A stretch of 64,000 nucleotides of DNA from Hypanus sabinus. Taxonomy: Eukaryota. How positions within the stretch are numbered: the stretch's first letter is position 1; every line of letters begins with the position of its first letter. Under the pieces are notes generated by a model. The model saw only the letters and a program-made list of their open reading frames with translations, searched no databases and was not told the origin of the DNA. Where the stretch lies: contig NC_082706.1 of assembly GCF_030144855.1 (NCBI RefSeq), forward strand, positions 42,470,001 through 42,534,000. Direction: 5' to 3'. A program made the position numbers and the translations under genes. Below, piece after piece: positions 51,271 through 64,000 of the stretch.

Positions 51271-53429
51271 TTGAAAGAAAGGATGCATCCTCGAAGGAGT
51301 GCATGTTCCCGCCTGTCGCAATCCCAGAATTTGCCGTAAGAACTATTTTCATTCATTCCTATGTTCTAGTAAAAGAAAGCCTCTTGCTACATGAAAGAGG
51401 GGTGTGGTACGAGAGGGCATAACTCCAGGTGCAAGCGGCCTGGGGAGGAATTCTTTTCAATTTTATTTTGGTCAGGGTGACCTTAATTCTAGAGCACGTT
51501 AGTGGGAAACTGAAGGATTAGGAAGACTTCAAAAAGAAGGGAAGAGCCACAAAGAAATCAATAAAGAAATGGAAGGATGATTATGTAAGTAAACTAACAT
51601 AAAATAGAAAGAATGGACAGTACAAGTTTTGGTATTGATATAAAACGGTAACTGTGGCTTAAGGGAACATGTGAACTTGTAAGATGATAAAGGGTTATTA
51701 ATAATAGGTTTTATGGATATATCTGAGGCCTTTAGTGACTATTTTCTGTTGGGTTTCACAAAGACACGTCTAACATGCCAAAGACAGATGTTATGGCAGC
51801 AATGGGAAGGGAGAACCTCGATGCAGTCATTGACACTTAAGAGTGCAGTGATCAAGAAACTGGTAGACATGCCCGCTGGTCCCGGTGGGATGCATTTAAG
51901 GACACTGGAAGAATTAGCAGAAGTTATAATATATAAGTATGTATATACCACATGAGATTCAATTTCTAGCAAGAATTTACATACAAAGAAATACAATGGA
52001 ATTTATGAAAAGTTATACAAAAATAAAGGCTGACAAAGAATCAACGTGCAAAAGATGACATATCTGTGCAAATACAAAAAAATGATAAATGACAATTGAT
52101 AAAAATCGATGGATTCTAGTTAATTGAGACACAACAGGACCAGTACATTTTAGCTTAATTAAGCATCTGTCCCTCTTAGCTGAAGTTTCATGGAAGTAAT
52201 TAAAATGGTATCAAAAGATAAACTACCATTTAACTGAATAACTTATTATGTATTTCAGTGAAATATGGAGCAAATTAGAACTCTACCAATACTACTGCAG
52301 CACTATAAAGTTGTGTACACTTCCTAATGGAGGAATTCATCCAGAGTATGAGTGCTTTTGAGTGATTTGTAAATGAACAAAATTAGTGTATTTTTCTGAT
52401 CTTGGACATTGGTGTTTCTGTACCAGGCTGTGATGCAGCCAGTCTGGATACTGTCCACTGAGTACCTATGGAAGTTTGTGAAAGTTTTAGATAACAAGCT
52501 GAATCTACACAAACTTCTAAAAGGACAGAGACGTTGTCGTATCTTTTTGATGGCATTTATGTGGTGGTTCCAGGACAGATACCTGAAATGATAATGCCAA
52601 ACAGTTACTGACCCTCTCAACCTCTGATCCCCTAATGAGGACTGCTTCCTTGGCCTCAGACTTCTTCCGAATATTCTCGATAATCAGCTCTTTGGTTTTG
52701 CAGACATTGAGTGAGAGATTGGCACCATTCGGCCAGATTTCCTTCTGTTCTCATGTAGGTCAGAGTTCACTCTGAACAGTGAAGGACTGGGTCCTGGGAA
52801 GCTCTGGAGCTCAGGCAGGGTTTCCCAGATCCCGAACAACGTCTGGGATTATAAAAAACCATTCCTCTGAAACCACCTATGCTCTCCCTAAACCTTTAGA
52901 CGTCTCTGCTCATCGAGTTAGTGGAAGCAGGCCTTTCAGCCCAACCAGTCCATGCAAACCACGGTGTCCAGTCCAAGCTAGTTCCATTTTCCTGCACTTG
53001 GTCTAAATCCCCCAAAACCTTTCCGATCCGTTCACCTTTCCAAATGTCTTTTAAAAGTTGTTATTGTACCTGCCCTCATCACTTTCAGTGGCTGCTCACT
53101 TCACATATAAACCACCCTTTGAGTAAAATGGTCGTATTAAATCTTTCCCATCCCACCTTGAACCTCTGCCCTGAAGTTCTTGGAATTCCCCGAAAGAAGG
53201 GAAAAGACAATGCCCTCACCCTGTCTATCCCCCTCATGGCTTTGTTACGCACAAAAAGCCACCCTTCATTCCCCAACACACCTCGGAATAAACAGCTCAG
53301 TTCAGGCCCTTTGGCCCATGCTGCGTGCTGGCCTTATAAGCTACACGAAGAATCATCTATCACTTCCCTCCGATATAGCCCTCCATTTTCTATCATTCAT
53401 CTGTCTATCTAAGAGTCTCTTTCCTCCAC

Positions 53430-54215
53430 TACCAATGCTGTCCTCACCCGTCTCTCTTCCATTTTGTGCATGTCTGCCCTCACCGGCCTCTCTTCCATTT
53501 CACGCATGTCTGCCCTCACCCTATTGTCCCACCACCACACCAGTGAAAGGGACCTTGTCCTCACCTACCACCCCACCAGCCTCCGCATGCGTCACGTAAT
53601 TCTTTGTAACTTCCACTATCTTCAACGGGGTCGCACCGTCAGCACAACTTTCCCTCCCCCTGCACGTTCTGTGTTACTACATGACTCCCTTGTCCACATT
53701 CCCTCCCATCGATCTCCCTCCTGAAATTTATCCTTGCAAATGTACAAGTGCCACACCTAGTCCTACACCACCTCCCTCACTACCATTCAGTGCCTGAAAC
53801 AGTCCTTCCAGGTGAGACGACACTTCACTTGTGAGTCTGCTAGGGTGATCTACTTTATCTGGTGCATCCAGTGTGGCCTCTTCTATATCGGAAAGACCTG
53901 ACACAGATTGGGAGATCACTTCATCCACACTCATACACTCCATCCATCAGAATAAGCAGGATAGCCTGGTAGCCACCCATTTCAATTCTTCTTCCCATTC
54001 ACATTCCAACATGTCAATCCATGTTACTTCACCCCTCTCCATCTATTGGTTTCACTATCACCTACCACCTTGTACTCCCCACTCCCTTCGTAAACTATTT
54101 CTGACTTCCTGTCTCTTTTTCCAGTCCTGTTGAAGGGTCTGTGCCCAAAATGTCGACTGGTTACTGTTCTCCATAGATGCCGTCTGGCCTGTTGAGTTCC
54201 TCCACATTTTCTGTG
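53430..54215 (+). mobile_element. Penelope-like element, GIY-YIG endonuclease and 3' end
   Basis: FQVRRHFTCESARVIYFIWCIQCGLFYIGKT*HRLGDHF near 53805-53925. Confidence 0.75.
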
Positions 54216-55081
54216 CCTGGCATTGAACAAGATGGGACTTTTCTTTATGGAGTGACAAAGGTTAAGGGGCAACTTGGCAGAGGTGTATAAAATTATGATC
54301 TTGCATCTTATTGCCCACCAGCACTTCAGTTTCTTCGTAAATGTAACACTTAATTTGTTCTTTCCTCAATGCATCATTGCAATGAAATGATCTGTATGGA
54401 TGGCATGCAAAATGAAATTTTTCATTATATCAGGTTACATGTGACATTAGTTAACCAATACACTTCACAGTGTTTATAGATAGGACTCACAGTTGTTTAC
54501 CTCAAGGTAGAGGAGTTGAAAACTACAGGGCATAAGTTGAAAAAGAGAGGGTGAGATTTAAAGGGATGTTTTTCTCAGAGAGAGTGTGAGTATATGGTAT
54601 CAGCTAACAGGCGAACTTGAATTGGAATATTCTTGTCACATGTCTCGAGATGAATCTTGCATAAAGTCCACACAGATCAGATCATTAAACAGTGCCTTGA
54701 GGGAGAACGAAGTAAAGTGGTTACTGAAAGCAGAACAAAGTGTAACAGATACAGAGAAAGCACAGTGCAGACAATAAGGTGCAAGGACCATGAGGAGAAG
54801 AGATTGTGAGGCTAAGAGTTCCTTTCATTGTACTGAGGAACCATGTAATACTTCCATAACAGCGGAGTAGAAGCTGTAGTTGAGCTTGTGGTACATGTTT
54901 GCAGGATTTCAGGTGTCTTCTTCCCAATGGGAGTGACGAGAAAAGAGAACATCTGGGGTGTGGGGGGGAGGGTTGGCTGGGGTATTTGATTACACTGGCT
55001 GCTTCTTATGTCATATTCAAGAATAATTTTAATGCTGCCTATTTCTGTAATTGTGAACTCAATGTTGCTGTGATTTTACAG

Positions 55082-55212
55082 GCGATTTGTTCTACCCATT
55101 TGGTACCAGTAGTGGCGATATTACCAATCTGGTCAGCGATGATGGAAGCTCCCCAAACATATCCATCTCAACATGGTTCCCATTCTTTGAAAGATCCTAC
55201 AACTCCTTGTAT
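55082..55212 (+). CDS. Alpha-tectorin-like coding exon 3 (DLFYPFG...DDGSS...FPFF...SLY)
   Basis: TTTTACAG acceptor and GTAAGT donor; phase 1-0; typical pre-NIDO motif that joins to VNNNG. Confidence 0.85.
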
Positions 55213-55227
55213 GTAAGTGCACTGGTG

Positions 55228-56356
55228 CTCTCAAAATACATAAGCCGAAAGCTGGGAAATCAAATGAACTTGGCACAGGGTCATATTACATCATATGAAA
55301 ATGTTGAATAAATGGTCTCCATAACTTTTCAAATTTAATAGAAGTCTCAAAAGTACCACTTCTAATTTTTTCTAAATTTAAACATAACATAGTTTGAGAG
55401 AACCAATTAAGTACAGTGGGAGGATCAATTTCTTTCCAATTCAACAATATAGATCTTCTAGCCATCAGAGTTAGAAATGCAATCATTCGACGGGCTGAAG
55501 AAGATAAATGCAGTGAATCTAACATTGGTAAACCAAATATTGCGGTAATAGGATGAGGTTGTAAATCAATATTCAAAACCGTAGAAATAATATCAAAAAT
55601 ATCTTTCCAATATTTCTCCAAAAATGAACACGACCAAAACATGTGAGTTAAAGACGCAATTTCAGAATGACATCTATCACAAATAGGACTTATATGAGAG
55701 TAAAAATGAGCTAATTTATCCTTGGACATATGGGCCCTATGTACGACCTTAAATTGTATTAGTGAATGTTTGGCACATAACGATGATGTATTAACTAATT
55801 GAAGAATTCTATCCCAATTCTCACTAGAAATACTAAAACTAAGCTCTCTTTCCCAATCCTGTTTAGTCTTATAAAGAGGCTCTGAACGTATCTTCATAAT
55901 TATATTATAAAGTATAATGTATAAAGTATAAAATATAAGCTTATGTATTTTGAGAGGACCGGAAGTGACGGCATTGATGAATACTTATTTTTGTGAGAAA
56001 TTATAAACAGCCCGTTTTTTTTCCTTCTCTTTTGTTTTTTTTCTTTTATATTACTTATTAGTTATAGTTATTAGATTAGATTAGCTAGTTCCGCATTACA
56101 TAAATTTTGTTTGTTTTTTTTCTTTCTTTTTTCTGTTTTTTTTTATATTATATATTATGAAATATTTAGATTTACTATGTCCATACATATATCTTATGGC
56201 TTATGTCTTGGTAAACTCATTTATATTGTAACTATTATGTATGTTTTTTTTTCATATGTAATGGAATGTGTATGTTGGTAATTTCTTTATCAATATATCA
56301 TCTGTATTCTGTCCATATTACTACTAATAATAAAAAGATTTAGAAAGAAAAGAAAA
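55228..56356 (+). mobile_element. L1/Tx1-type LINE, 5'-truncated with a 5' inversion and 15-bp TSD
   Basis: TSD GTAAGTGCACTGGTG at 55213-55227 and 56357-56371; inverted ORF2 C-terminus (55286..55897 on -, CDRC...HMFWSC); sense 3'UTR from 55939 with AATAAA and a GAAAA-type tail. Confidence 0.9.
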
Positions 56357-56734
56357 GTAAGTGCACTGGTGGGTTTTGGGATGAGGTGGCTTCGTCCTGG
56401 TGAGGAATAGATAGAGTCGACCAGCTGGTGTCTCTTCCCCAGGGTAGACATGTTCAAAACTGGAGGGCTTGTTTCTGAAGTGAGAAGGGGTACTTTCCTG
56501 GCAGATGTGGCGGCAAATCTTTTACAAACAGATTAGAGGGTGGATGGAGTGTGTTGCCAGGAATGGTGGTGGAGGCAAATATGCCAAGGCATTTAAGCGG
56601 CTCCGAGATAGGTGGTCTACAAATGTGCAGAGAATAGAAAGATATGGGGATTGTCTTGGCAGCCAGGATTACTTCAGATAGGCATTGTTACCTATTTGAT
56701 TAGTTCAACACAGCCACAGGGTTGGAGTTGGGAA

Positions 56735-57655
56735 TGCTTCTTTTCGTGATACCTGTCAATGATTTGGATAATGGAATTGATGGCTTTGTAGCTAAAAGTG
56801 ATGAGGATATAAGGTTAGGTCGTGTTGAGAAAGCAGGGAGTCTGCAGAAGGATTTAAATAGTATCAGAGAATGGACAAAGAAAAGGTAGTTGCAATATTG
56901 TAACTAATATAGCAGTAAAACTTAGACTATTTTCTAAATGGGGCAAAAAGAATCAGATATCAGAACTGCAAACACGCCTAGGAGTCCTTGTGCAGGATTC
57001 CCTAAAGGTTAACTTATAAATTGAGTCAGTGTTAACTTATAAATTAAGGCAAATGCAATATTAGCATTCATTTCAAGAGGACTAGAATATAAAAGCAAGT
57101 GTTTAATTCTGACGCTTGAAAAGGCATATTTCAGACTGCACGGAGTATCATGAGCAGCTTTTGGCCCATTATCTAAGAAAAAATATGCTAATATTGGAGA
57201 GACCCCGAGGAGGTTCAAGAGAATGATGCTGGGTGTGAAGGGGTTAAAGTATGAGGAAAGTCTGATGGCTCTGGGCCTGTACTCGCTGAAGTTTAGAAAA
57301 ATGAGAGGGGGTCTCATTGAAACCTATTGAATAGTGAAAGGCCGAAATAGAGTGGAATGTAGCGAGGCTGTTTCCTATAATGGGGAGAACCTAACAACAG
57401 AGCACACTGCATTAGAATTGAGGGACGTCCATTTAAAGCATAGATTGTTTTTTTATTTAAGCTAGAGTTCTGTGAATCAATGGAAATCGTGCCAAGAGCC
57501 GCTGAGCATGCCAAGTCATTTGAGTGTATTTAAAGCGAAAGCTGATTAAGTTCTTGATCAGTGGATGGGGTTGAGAGGGATAATAAATCAGCCCCGATGG
57601 GATGGCGGAGGAGGGTTGATGCATCGAATAGCTCGATTCTGTTATGTAGTGACTC
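56735..57655 (+). mobile_element. CR1 3' fragment
   Basis: VNDLDNGIDGFVAK motif and CR1 3' end similar to 12300..13200. Confidence 0.75.
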
Positions 57656-57840
57656 TGAAAAGACACAGGAGAGAGAATATGGGGGTAGAAGCTGGAGCAA
57701 CAAACAATCTGGAGGATCTTAGTATGTCGAGGAATATCTGCTTTTGCGTGGAATTGAAGGAACTGTTGACGCTGGCGCTGTTCTTACCCTCGCTGGTAAG
57801 GCGTGGGGTGTGCTGTACCGATTAACGCTAACAATGCTGA

Positions 57841-58185
<345 letters not shown>

Positions 58186-58701
58186 TAATCCGGTACCGTA
58201 CCATTTGAGAACTCAATTGTTCGTCAGGCAGTTTATTATTTGATGCTCCTCGCCCCCTTTAACCAACTGAGACCTGGTTTCTCACTCCTTCTCGACACAG
58301 GGAGACTCCAATTCCCGTTCCTGTGAATCCCACCCGACCCCGTTTCCCGCCCTCACTGATTTAACCTTGGTGTTATACTACCGCATTAGATTAAAAAGCT
58401 GTGAACTAAAACTGTTTCTTAGTGACAATACGTCAATGTAATATCGACGGAACTCAGCAGGCCGGGCAGCATCGGTGGAAAAGATTTTCGGGACGGTTCT
58501 TGCCAAGACCCTTCATCAGGACATCAGCAAACGTCGACCTGTTACTCTTTTCCATAGATCCTGCCTGGCTTGCTGAATTCCTCCAGCATTTTGTGTGCGC
58601 TGTTTGGATTTCCAGCATCTGCAGATTTTCTCTTGTATGTAATATCGAATCCTCGGCGCCCTTTCACACTTTGCGTCACAGTGACTGTTTTTACATTGTA
58701 G

Positions 58702-58911
<210 letters not shown>

Positions 58912-59022
58912 TAAGCTCCGCCATTCCACCGTAGCTGCTCTATTGTCCCTCACAACTCATTCTCCTCCCTTCTTTCCCTTCCCCACCTGCCACTACACCC
59001 CACCCACCTTATCCCCAAATAG

Positions 59023-59182
59023 GCTGGCTTCAACAGCGGGGACTCCCTGAACTTTTTCTCGATTCCTGGGTCCCACACGCCAGAGATAATCGATATCGAG
59101 ACAACCAGCAACGTGGACGAACCTGGTCGATGGGTCTTCAGGGCGGATACATTCAAAGCACTCGAGGGTTGTATAGATAATG
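59023..59182 (+). CDS. Alpha-tectorin-like coding exon 6 (NIDO end)
   Basis: AGFNSGDSLNFFSIPGSHTPEIIDIETTSNVDEPGRWVFRAD...GC; 160 nt, phase 0-1; not called by the ORF track. Confidence 0.9.
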
Positions 59183-59539
59183 GTAAGGAATATTAAATTA
59201 AATTAGCGAATTAAACCACTGTTTTTCAATAGGATAGCTCTCTTCCTCTCCCACACACTTCCACTCTGTCCTATCTCTGTCTTCCCCTCTAACCCCCGAG
59301 CCCCAAGCGCCTGATTTCTAGTTTGAGGAGAATATAATCTGCACTTAAGTTCCACTTCTAGCTCTTGTGATCACAGTTAGACTCTGAACTGATTATATCT
59401 ACTTAATTACGCTGAAGTTGATATTAATCTGATAGCGATTGAGACTAAGGGGCGATCTTACAGTGATGTTAAACTCATGACGAACATAGATCGTAATAAT
59501 ACTTAATAAACTGGGAAGAGCGCAGAAAAGATTGATATT

Positions 59540-60910
59540 GTCAACACCTGAGGGACTGAGATTTCGGAACAGGTTTGACAACCTAGGACTTTATTCCTTG
59601 GAATGTAGGACACTGGGAAGTGATTTAGAGGCGTATAAACCACGAGTTTATAAATATGGTGAATAAACTGGAATGGAGACACAAGAACTAGAGAGCACAG
59701 ATTTATCGTTAGAGGGGAGAAAAATAACAGGAAATTGAGGGCATCTTTCACTTAGGGGGTTGTCCATATGTGCAACTAGCTGCCAGAGGAATTTGATAAG
59801 GCAGGTTCGTGGACAGCAGTGCAAAAAGACACTTGGACAGATACATGGAACGGAAAGGTATTGAAGAATGTGGGTCAAACGCTGGCAAGTGGGTCTGGGG
59901 ACCTTGTTCTGCAAGTAAATTGAAATAAACCTGAAAGAGGTCTGAGAAAATTTACAAGGATATTGCCAAGACTTGAGGATTGGAGTTATTCAGACAGGTT
60001 GAGCAGGTTCCGACCTTATTCGCTACAGTGCAGAAGAATGGGAGGGGGTTGGAGAGGGAGGTGGGGAGTTTGTATAGATGTGTGTAAAGTTTGAGGGTTA
60101 TAGATAGGGTGAGTGCATGCAGAACTAGATGTTACCCATTAATGTAAAATACTTAAGGGTAAGGGGATTCTAAAGGAGAACCTCTTCACTAAGGGGGTGG
60201 TGTGAGTGTGGAATAAGCTGCCAGTGGAAGTCGTAGGTGTGCGTTCACTTATAACATTGAGGAGAAGCTTAGAAAGCTTAGATCGTTGAAAGTAGCACCA
60301 CAGACAAATAGTATCGTTAAGAGGCACATTTGCCTTCATAAATCAATGCATTGAGTACAGGAGATGGGATATTATGGTTAAGTTGTATAAGACAACACTG
60401 ATGCCTATTTTGGAGTATTGTGTGTAGTTTTGGCCACCTACCTACAGGAAAGGATGAAAGAGTAGAGGGAAGATTTCCAAGGATGTTACTGGGTCTGGTG
60501 GACCTGAATTGTAAGGAAAGATTGTATAGGTTTGGACATTATGCTGTACCTTGGAACGTAGAAGATTGTGGGGAGATTTGATAGAGGTATACAAAATATG
60601 CGGGGGATAAATACGGTGAATGCAAGCAGGCTTTTTTCCCACTGAGCTTGTGTGGGACTGCAACCAGAGGTCATGGGCTAAGGGAGAAAGGTGAAAAGTT
60701 TAAGGGGAACATGGGAGGAAACTTCTTCAGCCAGAAGGTAAAGAGCTGCCAGCGCAAACGGTGCATGTGAATTTGCGAAGTCTGGATGTAGGAGTTTGGA
60801 GGGCTATGGTGCCGGTGCGGGTTGATGCGAGGGGACAGGTTAAATGGTTCGGCATGGTTAAGATAAGCGGAAGGGCCTATTTCCGTGTTGTGTTTTTCTA
60901 TAGTTCCATA
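59540..60910 (+). mobile_element. Stacked CR1 3' fragments in an intron
   Basis: Repeated CR1 3'-end motifs (GATTTGATAGAGGTATACAAAAT; GAAGGGCCT...TGTTGT). Confidence 0.7.
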
Positions 60911-61554
60911 ACTCTAGATACAAGAACGAAGGGAAAGTGTAGAATTGGACTGAAAACCAATCGGTGGCAGGAATCAAAATGTTGGAGGGTAAAGTACAGA
61001 ACGCAAGACAACAGCAGTAGAAGCGGTTCGCTGTTCTGCCGTTCAATATGACAAAGGTTGATCTGCCCCGAGGTTCATCTCCTCTCCTGTTCCCCGGTCT
61101 CTGCTGCCTTCAATTCTGAAAGGGAGGAGATTGTAAGGTAGCCCTCCTGCAAAATAATTAGAATCAAAATCAGGTTGTTTTTTTAATCACTGACATACGT
61201 TGTGAAAGTTCTTGTTCTGTTGCAGCCGTCCAGCGCAATACTTAAGAGTACTATACGTTACAATAAACAACTAAGTAAGATAATGAATAAATATGGACAA
61301 AGTTCATACTGTAGATAAATAGATAAATTAGATAGATGGATGGATAGATAGCTGGATAGCTAAAGACACCATTAGAGAAATTAAATAGTGCAAAAGAGAA
61401 ATAGCGCGCTAGTGTTCATGGGTTCACGAAGCATTCAGAAATCAAAGCAACAAATTCCGTGTCATATGTCAATGATAATAAACCGGATTCTGATTCCTGT
61501 TAACCTGAGAGGTTGCTCCGGAGTAAGTGTGTAACGCATTAAATATTTCCGCAG

Positions 61555-61964
61555 GAATGTACATTCGGGAAAACCAGACAGTATGGGTCAATGGAAGCTG
61601 CCAAACCAAATGTAAATGTTCCTCGGAAGGGTTGTTAACGTGTGTTTCTGAACCGTGCGGCGCGGCAGAGATCTGCGTTCCTGCTCCACCGTTCCACGCC
61701 TGCCGCCCAGTCTCGATGAAGACCTGCGACGTTTACGGAGACCCCCACTATTACACCTTCGACCAGAGGGTCATCCACTTCCAGGGGACGTGCACCTATG
61801 TCCTGTCCGAGCTGTGTGATGGACTGTCAGACTTGACCTACTACAGGGTGGAGGGAGCGAACGAGAACCGCGGGAGCGTGGCCGTATCGTTCGTGAGACT
61901 CGTCCGTCTCCTGGTCTACGGAACTGAAGTTATTATGCTCAAGGGGACTACCAACTACGTCCTG
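61555..61964 (+). CDS. Alpha-tectorin-like coding exon 7 (VWC-like and VWD start)
   Basis: C..KCKC....TC....C...EIC, then TCDVYGDPHYYTFD...FQGTCTYVL; 410 nt, phase 1-0. Confidence 0.92.
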
Positions 61965-62271
61965 GTAAATCGGCGGGAGAATAACTATTTCAGTTCATTA
62001 ATTTTAGCTCGAAATAGTTGGAATTCCTCCTGATGCCGGACGCTCTCTTGGCGGAGAGTGATTGGGATTGAATGTTTGTGGTTCGATGTGGGGCAGTGCG
62101 ATTCGTTTCAGGGCTGAATGATAAGGCAGTTGGGAGAGCGCGGGTCATGGGTTTAGTTTGGGGACTGACAGTGAAGTGGGAGGGAATGAGGCAGTGGGAT
62201 GAGTTATGGGACTAATGCGGGGCTGTGTGATTTGTCGTGGAACTGATACAGTCCTGACGATTGTCTTGCAG

Positions 62272-62842
62272 GTGAACGGGACCCGGAGTTCCGTCCCGGT
62301 CTTCCTCGAGGATGGCCGACTCCAAGTCCGGACCGCCGGGTTCACTATGAGGGCGACAGCGGACTTCGGACTGACCGTGACCTACGATGGCTCCCACCAC
62401 GCCTCGATCACCCTGCCAGGATCCTATCACGGAGCCGTCTGTGGGATGTGCGGGAATATGAACGGGGACCCCTCCGACGACTTGCGCACGCGCAGCGGGA
62501 ACCTTACGACCTCGCCGGGGATATTCGGGGCCAGTTGGAGGGTGGACGGCGATGGCGGAGGGGACGTATGCCGGGACTCCTGCACAGATGGGTGCGGAGT
62601 CTGCACCGAGGCGGAACGCTACTCGTTGCCGTCCTCCTGCGGCCTCCTCCGAGCCCAGAACGGCCCCTTCCGACATTGCCATGCCGCTATCGACCCTCAG
62701 GATTTCGAGCAGAGCTGCGTCTATGACCTGTGCGCCACCGGCGGCCTGGAGGCCAGCCTCTGCCAGGCTCTCTCCAGCTATGCCGAGGCGTGCCGCTCTG
62801 CTGGGATGAGGCCAGAGCCCTGGAGGACCGAGACATTCTGCG
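62272..62842 (+). CDS. Alpha-tectorin-like coding exon 8 (VWD end and C8); gene continues beyond the window
   Basis: DFGLTVTYDG...CGMCGNMNGDPSDD...GPFRHCH..IDP..F..SCVYDLC...LCQALSSYAEAC...WRTETFC; 571 nt, phase 0-1. Confidence 0.92.
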
Positions 62843-62944
62843 GTAGGGTCCGCCTGTCGGAAATATCACGGTATCACAGCACGGAAGCCCTCTAGCTTGA
62901 TTCCCCAGCACCGGGGGTGGGGGGTGGGGTGGTGTGGGTGGAAC

Positions 62945-64000
62945 TGCACGCTTATACTTTATCTATGCCCCATTTATGAGTATTCCTCAGTTTCTATGAT
63001 CCAGTGAATAAAGTCCCAACCTGCCCAACCTCTCCCCATATCTCAGGTCTTCGAGTCCCGGCAACATCCTCGTAAATCTCATCTGCTCCCTTTGCATATT
63101 AATGACATCTTTCCTACAGCAGGGTGAGTACATCATTTCTAATATGGCCGCAACAAAATCTCCCATCTCAACTCCTCTGCTCAGTGATCTGGCTGATGAA
63201 GGCAGCGTGCCAACCGCCCTCTTCGCTGCTCTGTCTGCCCGTCTCACAATTTTTAGGGAACCTGTACTTGCAGGTTCTTGCATTCTACAACGCTCTCCAG
63301 CACTTTAACGTTTACTGTGAAAACAGTGACCTCCTTTGTCTTCCCAAAACGCAGACCTCATACTTATCCGTATTAAACTTCACTTTCTATTTCTCAGCCC
63401 ACCTACGTCTCCAATCTTGTAAATCCTCGCATTAGAACTATGCCTTCTACAAATCATTGATGTAGATCAGAGTGACAAACTTTGAAGTCGAGAGTCACAG
63501 CACAGATCTCTGAACACCACCAGTCCCCGGCTTCCAATCCAAGAAAGAACCAACACCCTCTGCATCAAACCACTGAGCAATTCTGCATCTAATTTTCCAG
63601 CTCTCCCTGAATCCCCTGAGATCTCTGGTGTGACAGCGAACTAATCACTGGAACGAGTGGGATGTCTCGCGAGGGTTTGTTAGAAGCATGGGAAACCTAC
63701 AGCGCAATACAGGCTCTTCGGCCCACAATGCTGTGCAGAACATGTACTTATTTTAGAAATTTTCTCCGGTTACCCATAACACTCTATTTTTCTAACGTGC
63801 ATTACCTTTTCAGGAGGCTCTTAAAAGACCCTTCGTGTCCACCTCCACCACCATCACGGGCAGCCCGTTACACGCACTCACCACTCCCTTGCGCTTTTAT
63901 AAATTAAGCGACAACTTTCCCCTGACATCTCATCTGTACCTACTTCCAAGCTTTTTAAAACTGTATCCTCTCGTGTTAGCCATTTCAGCCCTGGGCTTCA
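62945..64000 (-). mobile_element. CR1 fragments
   Basis: ORF 62987..63283 (REQMRFTRMLPGLEDLRYGERL); 63690..64000 resembles the CR1 3' end at 19470..19720. Confidence 0.75.

Overview
Eukaryotic, repeat-dense vertebrate DNA, most likely a cartilaginous fish (probably a ray, inferred from the CR1/Rex1/Penelope/V-SINE/Tc1 mix). Host genes, all on +: two divergent single-ORF FAM187B-like Ig-domain membrane protein genes (1964..3238 and 14518..15741), and the 5' part of a multi-exon alpha-tectorin-like gene. For the latter I assembled 8 phase-compatible coding exons (47203..62842: signal peptide, NIDO, VWC-like, VWD, C8); it continues past the window. Mobile DNA: a 4.46 kb HERV-I/IP-like endogenous retrovirus with apparently identical 388-bp LTRs, a perfect tRNA-Pro PBS and several large internal deletions; a truncated SCAN-bearing Gmr1-like Gypsy element; two Gypsy relics; a decayed hAT transposase; and an L1/Tx1-type LINE with a 5' inversion whose 15-bp TSD duplicates a splice donor of the tectorin-like gene. 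Many CR1, Rex1, Penelope, HERO, SINE and Tc1 fragments fill the rest, and there is a 164-N gap at 47339..47502. No CRISPR, rRNA or tRNA genes were seen. Family calls come from motif recognition without database searches, and I cannot verify that anything here is undescribed.
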